64,000 nucleotides of DNA from assembly GCA_905178155.1 (NCBI GenBank), contig CAJINV010000012.1, forward strand, positions 181,271 through 245,270, in the 5' to 3' direction. This DNA is from Amoebophrya sp. A120. Lineage: Eukaryota; Protista; Dinoflagellata. This document shows positions 21,732 through 32,524 of this stretch, piece by piece. The notes beneath the pieces are model-generated. The model was not told the DNA's origin and did no database searches. It was given only the letters and a program-made list of their open reading frames with translations. A program made the position numbers and the translations under genes. Numbering within the stretch: the stretch's first letter is position 1; every line of letters starts with the position of its first letter.

Positions 21732-22451
21732 GTGGCGCACGGCCAGGAGCAAATAGATACCGAAGACGAAGGAATTGCAAGACTTGCAGAAGCACTAGGC
21801 GAGCAATTTCGGGTGCGGAGGTTGTCGGAGGTGTCCCACGACATGTCTGTTGTGCCGTGGAATCACCCCGAGGGCGACGAGACCCAGGATGGCGACAACG
21901 TGTATCCTATCCAAGTGAAAACATCGAAATCTACGGACTTTGGCGCGTGGATGCGAAAAGTAAAGTTCGAAACTCAAAAGCATGCCTCTTCGTGGCACGG
22001 TGGCGCGGTTATCGGCGTGCATAAAGATCGAGACGACTACCTTCTGGTCGAAGTGCATCAGCACGAAAACTGGGAGCCGATCAGCCTCGGCGACGATCAG
22101 TGGTGGTATTCGCCTACCGCTCTCCGCACCAAGATCCAGCAGCTCTGGGTAGCGGGAGGCCTGCAACTGGAACCTTTTGCCGACCGTCTGGCCAGCCATA
22201 AAAGCCAACTGGTGGAGCTGCGTATGCGGCAAAAATTCCGCAAAAACCTGAAGCGCGCCAGGTGGGAGCTGGACTTGCCGGAGCACGAGTTTACTAGTAT
22301 TGACGCGCGGATGACAAACGAGGACACCGGTACTGTTTTTGCTGTTCAGGAGAAGACGACGAAGCAGCGCCGGGTGCGCGGAAAGTGCCATGGTTATTTT
22401 GTCGACCTCCGGCGGTATTTTCTAACTAGTTTTTTGAAGTTGTCATGCTAA
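21732..22451 (+). CDS. Tandem PD-(D/E)xK-type nuclease (two D...QxK modules); main exon, probably with further exons
   Basis: Module 1: TEDEG...SHDMSVV...YPIQVKTS. Module 2: LVELR...FTSIDARM...FAVQEKTT. The pattern resembles QxK-variant PD-(D/E)xK homing endonucleases. Confidence 0.65.
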   Translation: MAHGQEQIDTEDEGIARLAEALGEQFRVRRLSEVSHDMSVVPWNHPEGDETQDGDNVYPIQVKTSKSTDFGAWMRKVKFETQKHASSWHGGAVIGVHKDRDDYLLVEVHQHENWEPISLGDDQWWYSPTALRTKIQQLWVAGGLQLEPFADRLASHKSQLVELRMRQKFRKNLKRARWELDLPEHEFTSIDARMTNEDTGTVFAVQEKTTKQRRVRGKCHGYFVDLRRYFLTSFLKLSC

Positions 22452-23728
22452 GTTCTACCCTAAAAGCAAGTCGAAAATGATATTTGCAGCACACCATTAG
22501 AACCCGATTTAGCTGTGTGGACTAGCAAACGCCTGAATCTATTGCCCTGGCAGCGCAATAGTAGTCGCAATCTTTTTTCTTATTTGGGCGCGATAGTTTC
22601 TGCGAATCTGCACTGGCCTAGAGCGCTACAGTGCAAATATAAAACCAACCTAATCAAAATGCCTACAGGTCAAATGGCGACGGCTACACTGACATTGATG
22701 TAGTGGCGATGCACCTAAGAATGGAAGACGACCAGCGAAAAAGCCTGGCCGGGACCTTCGTCGTCCCTATCACGGAACTTCGCAAGCGGGGCCATGCGCC
22801 AATACCAGGCAAAAGGTACTGGCATTCTCCATAGCGCGTCTACCTTTGTACTAGAGTACGGAAATTTTGTGCATGCATACGTCGGCTCTAATTTCATAAA
22901 CAAAAACACGCACTTGCGATACCACACAGCATAGACGGTTCTAACAGTAGGAGCAAACTACTTTGTAAACAAAGTATAGCCTGGCGGTGCTACAGAATAA
23001 GTCACAGCGCCAGCATGTTCGGGACCTGGATCGAAATATTTTCGAGCGAAATTTGCCAAATATCGAGCAGCAAGCACCCTCGCACATTGATTCTCCAAAA
23101 TATAAAACTTTGAAAACCAACAGGAATAGATGGAGACCGACAGTCAGTATTCCGAGCGCTGACTTAACGGATCCGCGGTGGCAGCGCAGCAGTTCTTGGC
23201 TACTGCCGTACTACTTTGACGGAACGCAACCCACCCTGACGGGAATCAACTAAATGGAGACGCTTTTCACAGGTGAGGAATGCATCCCTTTCCACGCCTT
23301 TGATAATCGAGCTGGGATTTTATTTTCCTCCGCACGGCTCAAATGTAATAGCTCCACGCACGCGTCAGCTCTAGTGTCAAGCTGAACTATTTGACTTCAA
23401 CGCTTATTTCGGGAGAACTTGCTGTAGCGATACGACGATGATTTCTAACACGGAACGAGTCTCCGACTGGTTGAACGGGGATACAGTTTTCTGGGTTGTT
23501 ACAAAAAAAAATCAAGACCATATACAAAAGTAGATCGCTCGAAGATTTACGTTTGTTAATTTTCATATCTGTTCTGCGAACGTACGCACATCACTTGTTT
23601 CAGAGGCGAAGCTCAAATATATTGCATACGAAGTAACAACAAAAAGTGGGAATCTGTAACGCGCGACAACATGTAAAAGCATTCAGCAAATGGAAGCTCT
23701 AAGCTTGAAAATGTGCATGGCAATCATC

Positions 23729-26700
23729 TTACACCGGAGTCATCTCGACGTCATCACTTTTGGAGTGCAGGGACACCTTGTTCACGACTATTGTGTTGTC
23801 TTGTTTGTTGCAATGATGCGCCAACTTTGCCAGCGGAACAAACTTCTTGTTGATTAATTTCAGCTGGTCCTGTTTTCCGTAGATCGTCGCGGAGGGGTTG
23901 GTGATGTCGTTCGGAATGACGTCGCAGATTGGGCTGTACTTCATGTGCAGCTGCTTGCTCTTGTTGTCCGTTTTGTTTTGTCGCTGCAAAACGCTACCGA
24001 TCAGTTTGGAGCAAGCACTGCAGCAGAGGTCCCATTTCTCTTCGTGCAGGACCCGACCCAAATCCGTCCTGCTAGCCGCGCCGGGGATTTGTGATGACGA
24101 GGCACCACCCTCACCCATCCGCGTCCTCACACTGTATGCCAGTTTTCCAATGCTTGTCGGCTTGTTTTTCGTCCAATCGGTCGAGTCGATCACGGCGTCG
24201 TCCCACTCGTGCGGCTGCTCCTCGGCGTATTCCACCTTCAACAAGTGGCAAAGAATAGCGCGCTTCAGGGTGTCGTTGCCGGGCAAAACCGACTCGCTCA
24301 GCATCCGCCACCGGTCTCCGCCAAGAACAAATAGTCCGGCATTAGTCTGTTCCCGAGTAAGACCCGAAACCCAATCAGCAGCATCTTCGGCGACGTCGGC
24401 AAAGGTAGGAGAAACATCGAGCACAAAGCCGCGCTCGGAGGTGCACCAGGACTTTTGTTTGTGTGCTTCAAACTGGAGCGCCAACTGCGCAAAAAAACCG
24501 CACTTCATCTCCGGGATTGTGTCGCCGTCCATGCACCACTCCTGGCGATCCTCGTCAAACACCATCTCCCAGCCGACGCACAGACCCTCATACACGTCCG
24601 CCAGCAGGCACATGAAGTCGCGGGCGTAGTCGAAGGCGAAAAAAGGGGCCGACTTCATCAGCTCCTTCACCTTGTATTTTTGCATCGCGCAACGACTAAG
24701 CGCCGACCAGAACAGGAAGCACTTCTCACTGCAGAGGAGGGAGACGTAGATAAAGCACTCGAGGGCCGAGAAGTGGTAGTTTGAGGCGGTGCAGTAAATC
24801 TTTTTGCTGTCTTTTGCTGTGTTTTTGCAGTCCTCCAAGACTTGTCTCACCTCCTGGTCCATGCTCTCCTCCGCTTCGTCCAAAATGTCCTCTGTCGCCC
24901 ACTTGAGGGGGCCGACACTTTCGGCACGCTTGCAACTCGGCAGTCCCTCCGCAGCAGCTTGTTTCTCTGCTTCGTCGAGCGACCTCGCGGCCTCCGCTAT
25001 TGCGATTGCTTTTTTGGGTTGTGCTAGTAGCTGCTGGGTGGAAGAGAAGAAGGAAGTCAGGTCGCCGTCAACGTCACTGGTGTTTTGTATTTGGGTTCCC
25101 CATTTAATTCTCGCGTAGCACATCTTCATCTGCGTGGTGAGGGTTTTTAGTTCCTTGCGTTTTTCCATCATCCACGTGATGACCCTCCAATGGGCTTCAT
25201 TTTCGTAATCACTACCCACGGTGATGAAGATGCGCGCTAAATACTTTTTTAGAGCCTCTTCGTGACCGTTGGCGAGCAGCTGCCCGAGCCCGATCTCGAG
25301 CACGCTTGGCTGCGTCTTCCTGGCGCGAGAAACTGAAAGCCGGCGGATGATGTAGGGGGGGAATTCTATGCACTTCCGCCCCATCAGGCTGAAGAACATA
25401 TTCGCCGTGGGATCGTACAATTGGAAAAGAGCATGTCGCGCCAGCAGTTGCAGGTAGGCCAGCGTGTGCGTGACTGTTTGATTTGTTCTGCAGCTGCGCG
25501 CTGCTGCTCTTGCACATTTTCCGCAGATGTCATGCTCCTTGGACCGGATGGAGAACTGGAATTCATACTGCGAAGAAGCTACTTGTGGAAGGTCAGTCAA
25601 ATCGTTTTGGTGTTTGGTAAGATCTTCCCCTGCTTTCACTTGGGAGGCTTTGAGGATCAACTTGGCGCACGTCGTCAGCGGCGCCGCCATCCGCAAGTGA
25701 TGCTCCGGAATGTCAGACTGTTCGTCGATCTGCGCCAGCAGTCCGTCTATTCCCGCGAACAGCTGCTCGCGGTCTTGTGTATCATTATCAGGAGCAGGCA
25801 CTTTTTCTAGTCTTGCCATCTCGTCTTCATCTTCGGATTCGTTTTCGCTATCCGGCTCCAAATCCTTGTTGCGCTGGTCGATGTTGACCCGGGCAATTCT
25901 AGCCTCTTGCTTTGGCTTTATTTTTTTCCCCTCCTCCGGCTTCAGCAAGTTCTCCACCTGTTTGTCCCGCTTTTTTTGATCTTCTTCTGCCGAAACCGGC
26001 ACGGCGAAGGCGAGCAGGTTCCGGGCGATGGTCAAAACGCAGCGGAAGCGATGTCTGAACTCCACAAAGTATTTGCTCCCATGGGAGACGCGGCTAAGCC
26101 GGCTGGTCTTCAGCGCTTTGACCGTTATCCCTGATTTGATTTCTGTATCAATTCATGATGAAAAATGCTCAAAATATGCATTGCAAATGCTTGAGAGAGC
26201 CGCTACATGGATGTGCGCCAACAACATTCAACACAAGTTGCGCGCCGCACTATTTCACTTCAGGTTTTCCAAAATAAAACACTTCAATTTTATTCACCAT
26301 GGTGTGGTCAACATTTTTTGAAATAGCCTTCAGTTTTCTTTAGGACGACAGGGGTTATTCCAAAAGAAGTTGACCACACCGTGGGGATAGAAATTGAATT
26401 TTTGCTCTTTTATAATTGCACCATGAGTGCTTGAAAAGATGCACGCTTTTCTGTCGAGGCTCGCGTCGAGTACTCTGTCGGATGGGCTCGCTTGAGTACT
26501 CGTTCTTCCTGTGTCCCTTACCGATCACCACCTGAGTCGGTCGATTGCGTTAAGGGACACAGGACGAACGTCCACTACGGCGAACAGGTACATGACACAA
26601 GATTTTGGAGTTTCCCACTTGAGCCAGTTGATCCTAAAAATCGTAAGTCAGAAGTTTATTGAAGTCTTATTATCAAAGTTAAAAAATGAAAAGTACTTTT

Positions 26701-29055
26701 CTTCAGCCCGTCGCGCACACTCAGGCCTTGTTGTCCACACTCCCGCATTACTTCCAAGTGGTGCGGCAAGTTACTGATGTTATCCTCGGCTATTTTTTCT
26801 GCTTCTTCCCGGGCCTCTTCGAACAGGCCGACGCTCTGCCCTGTTCCCATGGGTCCCCTGGCGAACCGCAACAGCCACGCGAGCAGCCTGTCCAGTATTG
26901 TTGCTTTGTTCTCGTTGTTTGTACAACGATGACAATGCGGCAGCTCGGAGTAGCAGATGAGATGATGCTCCATAGCCCGGCAAGCCCTCTGCTCGCTAAA
27001 GTGCTGGTCTGCTCTCAGTATTAGTATTGGAGAAGACCCGTCGGCTCGTAGTATCTGCTCCGAATTTTCCACCACAAGCCAGTTTTTGAAAGCAGGTCCC
27101 AGGATGCCGGTTAACGACTGGAACAAGAAGTCGATGCTGCGTTTAGCTTTCTCATGCTTTCCTTTTGCATGCCTCGGCGTCTTGAAGACCGGCCACATGA
27201 CGATCTTTTGTAGGTAACTGACTCCATTCCAAAACATGCAGGAAGCCTGAAGTTGTGTTGATTGTGCATAAACATGTTATTGCAAAGACTGCAAACACAG
27301 GACAACTCGAAAAACATTAGTACGCGGGGAATTTGCCACGCAAAGAAAAGAGAAATCAATCGGGTAGAGCTTCGCACTTTCAATTGATACGCTCACGGCC
27401 CGGACCGCGTGCCTGGCTTTTGTCGAATCATCAAAGCCGACCGCAATTGTGAGTGCATGGCACGTGGGTGGTACTAGGTCGTACGAAGAAGCACCGTATC
27501 CACAGTATTGCCATCGTTATGTAGCTCCAGACGGCGACCTGTTTATGCATATTGGTCACTTCATTTGAAACCATTGAAATTGCACACAAGCATGACAAAT
27601 TAGGAAAAGTCAAGGACTGCATGACAGAAGTGCTATCAGTGCCCGCTGCTGATAGATAGACGAATCCGCGTGGTCCCCCACCGACTTCCGGATTGCTTTG
27701 GTAGCTTTTTGCACGTTTTGCATCACCATTTCGGTGGTCAGTCCGCTTATGTGCTTGATTTCGGTTTCGAAGGCCTCTTTGAACTTGCTTTGCAGCCCTG
27801 CGCGCAAAGTGTAGGCCTGGTTATTAGTTTGCAAGCGTTGCTGCATTTCTGCGACATTATTCTCACACGCAAAGCTCATGAAGTGGAGTGCTCATCAGAA
27901 GACGCGCCAGAAGGCTACTGGAATGCGCGGCCATTATGTATACGATGCCAAGATGCATGACAAACTTGGTTACGAGAAAAGCTATTTAGCCTGATGCCAC
28001 AAGCTCTGGCTGCTTGCTGGACCCGGTCTGCACGTCCAAAAGCATGCTCTGAAACGCTTCGGGGGATGTAGCTTCTTTTCCATCTGCGACGATTGCCGCG
28101 CGGACACTATTGCAAAATCCGTGCGCATTATTTCCGGAATATTTCCACTGGATTATGGCTGTTTAAATCACGACAAAGGTGCTGATAGTAATCAAAGTAC
28201 TGCATTTGTAGTTTTGCATTGCACAAATTAGCATGACAATAATTCGAAAAGTTATCCTACTGCCTTTGTCTAGCAATTTTCAGCCATAATCTGCTTCGAG
28301 CTGACGAGGAGTTTGCAGCTGTACACCCCATTTTGGAAGAGAAATCGCTGCCGCACCATTACCGAAAGATGGGCGAGACCTGCCGCGATATCCTTTTGGT
28401 GCCGGAGAAGGTTCTACTGCTGCGAGGAGAAGAAGCTGCGACGCGGCATCATGCGTTGATCTAAATGCACTGGCGCAACGTGTTCTTCATCATACCATCT
28501 ACCTCAACTACATCGTGCTCACTGGTCACGAAAACGAACGACGTAGTTTTACCGTTCTCCTTTTGGCGGCTCCGAGAGCGATAACCTTTGCCATGGCTCT
28601 CTTCAGACCAACAGCTCTCCCTCGCGATCACTCAAAGACATCAGCAACACGGATGCCGGAAGACGATTTTGCTACACTTGGTCACGACAGCAGCATACTT
28701 CGAAGCGATACAATGAACACATGGCTAGGACTGCAGCGGCCATCTACATCTTGGACGCATTTCGAGCTTTCTGGTATATGTTTTCTAAATCCCTTGACTC
28801 CCAGTGAAATTTGTACAAAGTCTTGCCAATTCGAAACAAGTCTCGGTATCAAATTATCTCTCACTCCAATTTCTTCCATCTCTTGTTCAAAATTTAAGAT
28901 GTTCGAGAGCTTCAATGTCGACCATGTCGACTTCATCGGGTTGTATAGTGTCGCAAAGTTCTCCTATCTAAAGGAGAACGAGAGTGCAGCTGGCAGATAT
29001 CAGTTTCGAAATGCTATTGGAAATAGTAATACGAAACAAAAAAATATAATTCCAT
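23729..29055 (-). CDS. Divergent hAT-superfamily DDE transposase, multi-exon (last exon includes the 778-aa ORF 23729-26065)
   Basis: Motifs in hAT order: IAVGFDDSTK (first Asp, 27421-27438); LILRADQH (second Asp, ~27005); LPHCHRCTN (CxxH-like, 26923-26940); KTSRLSRV..KYFVEFR (RW-like helix, ~26090); SWCTSERGF (candidate Glu, 24425-24439). Short GT-AG introns, e.g. ~27247-27323. 5' start is approximate. Confidence 0.7.
26283..26570. repeat. Cluster of fold-back hairpins inside the transposase locus
   Basis: 46-bp imperfect stem 26283-26398; repeated palindrome GAGTACTC at 26468 and 26494; 20-bp stem 26501-26570 (19/20 paired). Confidence 0.8.
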
Positions 29056-29219
29056 CGTAGAAATCCTTGCTGTAATTTAAAACTTTTACGTCATAAATTA
29101 TTGTCGTGTAGAAAACATAAGAGTAGAACTATTTTCAAAAATTGTTATACTCCAGGTAAAGCGACATCAAGATTTACTTTCGCGCTCAATCTGAATCACG
29201 ACACGTCAACCAGATTGAA

Positions 29220-31189
29220 TTACATCATCCTCGGCTCGTTCACGGCAGCGCCAGCCTTCCCCTGCGCCTGAGATTAGTTTGAAGGTGGTGATCAAGGAGA
29301 ACACGTCGATACGCACACTACCACCCGACTATCTTAAGAAAATACAACCCTCCGCAGCAGCTCATCCGAAAAAAGGCCTTGCGCATACTTTTGGACCATT
29401 ACAACGCTGCTGAAGTCTCAAAGTTGGCCAGGCAGTACGACATGCAAAACAAATCTCATGCAAGATAGCGGCTGTATTGATTCGAAAGGTGGTAGACAAA
29501 AAAGGGCTCGACACAAACGAGCTGCACCTTGCCGGCAAACAAGTTGGCGCTCGCACCACGGACACTTTCGGCAGCCTCGGCAGCCGGCGGCGGGCGGCGG
29601 CCGCTGCGGGACTGTGAAGTATAAATTTGGAAAAGTTTTATCATCAATCACTTCGAGTGTTCACCATGCACAAGACCGACTCGGCGAACAGCACAACACG
29701 TGGTGTCGACTTCTACTCATGCAGCATCAGATAAAACATCATGCAGAAAGGTAGAAAATATACCCGGTCGTTGTTGTTCACACCCGGGGCCGGGGCCTTC
29801 GGCGGGGTCGCGGCGGCCTTCGGGATGACATCCGGCATCGCCACGTCCGCCGGGGCAGCAGCAGCAGCAGCTTTCGGCATGTTCAAGCTCAAGTTCAACA
29901 TTTGCTGCGTCATCTGCTGCATCTGGTTCATCTGGTTCTGCATGACGTCGCTGTTCTGGTTCGCGGCGTTCGCAGCGGCAGCCTGTATTTTCAGTGGAGT
30001 GCTGGCATGTTTGTAATGCTGCAGTTCGAAATTATGCATAGTTGTGTGCAACGTTGAGAAAATTTCTTTCGAAGATTAGTGCGTGACAGTGTGTAAGTCG
30101 CGAGACAATCCAATATCAAGCACGCATATAAAAACTGACGTGTGAATCACAATGTCGCTGCTGACGCATGCAAGTTGGAGTCGCTGCATTACAATGCTCA
30201 ACACGTCACTACCTGGGCGGCGTTCGCCTTCGCCTGCGCCGCGGCCTGTTCGTTCTCGACCTCGATCCGGGCGTTGGTCAAGAAGGTGCAGATGTTCTGG
30301 GCGTTGGGCAGGGTGATGTTGTTGCGCTGCATCTGCCCCAACATCTGATTCGCCGCACGCGTTTCCGTTGGCTGCCTGCGTTGGAGGTCATCGGGCACCT
30401 CATAAGTTAAAGTACACAAATTAATATATGCACTGGCATCTTCTGTTCGATTTTTTTCAAAACTGTAACGCAGCCGCGCATTATTTGTAACCACTAAACC
30501 GGTGTAATGCAAACGCATATGTAAAATAAGCACTTTTTGAAGTATGCTGCTATGAGGAAGTTCTGTAATCTTTGCACCACAGCATCAAAATATAATATAC
30601 ACGGCCGGTCAGACGCAACTCCTCCAGAAAACGCTCCCGGGTATCCTCGGTCAAATTGTCCTGGATCGCGGTACGCTGGTCGTCCAAAATGGCCGCATCA
30701 CCGTTCTCCAGTTCGCAGGCCTTGATGGTGATCCGGATCAGCACTTGAATCAAAAGACGGCGCCAGTCTGAAGATTTTTTGCGGAAAATTATCAAAGCAT
30801 GCGAAGGCAACCACATACTCACTGCATCACCTTACAGCAATCATATTGAAAAAAAGTACCGGCGGGATTGAGGCGGCCTTCATTAAGCACAACGCGATTA
30901 CCACGGTTCGCCTCACGGAAGTTGTTGTAGGTTTGGCAAATATGCATTGCAAAAATAATAGAATAGCACAAATTGCGCGACGTCTTTTTGCATTCCCACA
31001 GCAAGCTATCGCAGTACAAGTATGCAAAGAATAAGCTTGCTCTTCTGCATGACTGCAATTTTGTGCATCAAAATATTTTTGCATTGGGTAAATAAAGGTA
31101 TCTGCGAGGGCTGGTGGTACTTGGGCTGGATGCCCTATTAGATAAGTAATCGCCTCTCTTATCTGGGCCTGAGTGTAAACAATCGCCAT
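29220..31189 (-). CDS. Multi-exon hypothetical Gln/Ala-rich helical protein (transposon cargo)
   Basis: GC-rich exons separated by AT-rich GT-AG introns: MAIVYTQAQIREAITYLIG..., ...DTRERFLEELRLTGR, ...AANQMLGQMQRNN..., ...MQNQMNQMQQMTQQM..., last exon AQGKAGAAVNEPRMM*. Confidence 0.65.
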
Positions 31190-31875
31190 GGTGGAGGTTT
31201 TGGGTAAAAGTAGTGGCGGCAGAGGGTGCAGTTGTTTCAAGTATAAGTCTTATCTCTCGCTCGAAAACCCTACGGGAATATTTGAAGTCAGAATATTTTG
31301 AAAGGTCCTGTGAAACAAGTATGAGTCAGAAGTTATTTGCCTAAAAAAAAGCCAGACGCTGCCCAACATCACAAAAAAATTTCAACAAACAAAACAGAAG
31401 GCAGTTTGACAGAACGCACGCTCTTTCATCTCGAGATTGTCTTTCATGGTCTGAGATCCAAATTATTTCTTTCGTCACAGCGCTGTAGAGTTTTCATTAC
31501 AAGTTTGCTCCAACAACAACACCAAACTGCGCTGCGAATATCAACCACACACGAGTACTACAATCTTGCTTGACTGGAACACACTTCAAACCATGACGCA
31601 GGGTCTAGGATTTAGAACCTCGGACTCCAGTACTTGAAGTATCGCTTTCTCGCATACGTCGTCTTGTATTTTTCAAAGATAGGTGTTTAGAGTCATAATT
31701 TTGCGTTCTTTTGCATGAATCAGAATGGCTAGAGGAGGGCTGCCAGTAGGTGGGTGTCATAGTCGTTCCTAGATGGTGCAACATGAGCACTCCGGTGCCC
31801 AGTACCGCTCGCAATTGCTTCCGGATCTGGTGCCAGAAAAGAGCTGGACCCTTCGCTTCGGACTATCTGAACTGG

Positions 31876-31913
31876 CTCCCTTAGCTGCAGGCTAAATTAC
31901 TTACATTTCGGGT
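31876..31913. repeat. Inner inverted repeat, right copy
   Basis: Reverse complement of 21147-21185 (23-bp core with one indel, plus CTAAGGGAG). Confidence 0.85.
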
Positions 31914-32524
31914 TCTAGAATACTTTAGCATCTACCTTTCTAGTTTTACCACGTATTGTTTAAAAATTAAAATGCATATGCATGAAAAGCGCCTGCAAAA
32001 AAAACATTTTTAATCTAGCTATTTCAAATGCATATTCAGAAAAATTCAGAAAAACAACCAGCCGCTGGTGGTGCTGTGCGTCCCCGCTTACCTGTACCTG
32101 CCTCCACTCCACTTACCTGTACCCGTTACCTGTACCTGCGCACTCAGTCCCGTGGACAAACCGACGGCGCAGCTGCAGCATAAAATAATTCTGAATTCGT
32201 TCTAGCAAAATTTTAAAATTTTGTCTGTGTCCTTTATTTCAACGTAGTAAACCGATGCTAAATGCCATTAACAAAACCGATGCTAAATGCCATTAACAAA
32301 AACAAGGAGGGGGGTATAGCTTTTTTGCCACTCGCTCAACAATTCAACCTTTATCGGCCAATGTTATTTGGCCGCACTGTAAGTGAAGACGGCCCTAAGA
32401 AAGCGAAAAACAAAATGAAAAATGGCGCTTGCTTAAAGCTATGATCCCTATGCACAAGGCGGATAAGAGGGCTGGCCTCTTCATCCTTGTGCCCATAGTT
32501 TCAACGTGTTGCGCCAATATACTT

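Larger units (their letters stand above)
20809..32249. mobile_element. 11.4-kb cargo-carrying hAT-like DNA transposon
   Basis: 47-bp TIRs 20809-20855 and 32203-32249 (46/47 identical, TACTACGTTGAAATAAAGGACACAGAC...); flanking direct repeat AACCG (GTAAACCG if extended into the right TIR); encodes a DDE-like transposase. Confidence 0.88.

Noticed and set aside
22715-23253. Small ORFs between the nuclease and the transposase
   Set aside because: They could be extra exons or another cargo gene, but strand and frame cannot be supported from sequence alone
21148-31912. Inner CCC...GGG repeats read as a nested piggyBac element
   Set aside because: No TTAA or other target duplication, and the transposase motifs are hAT-like
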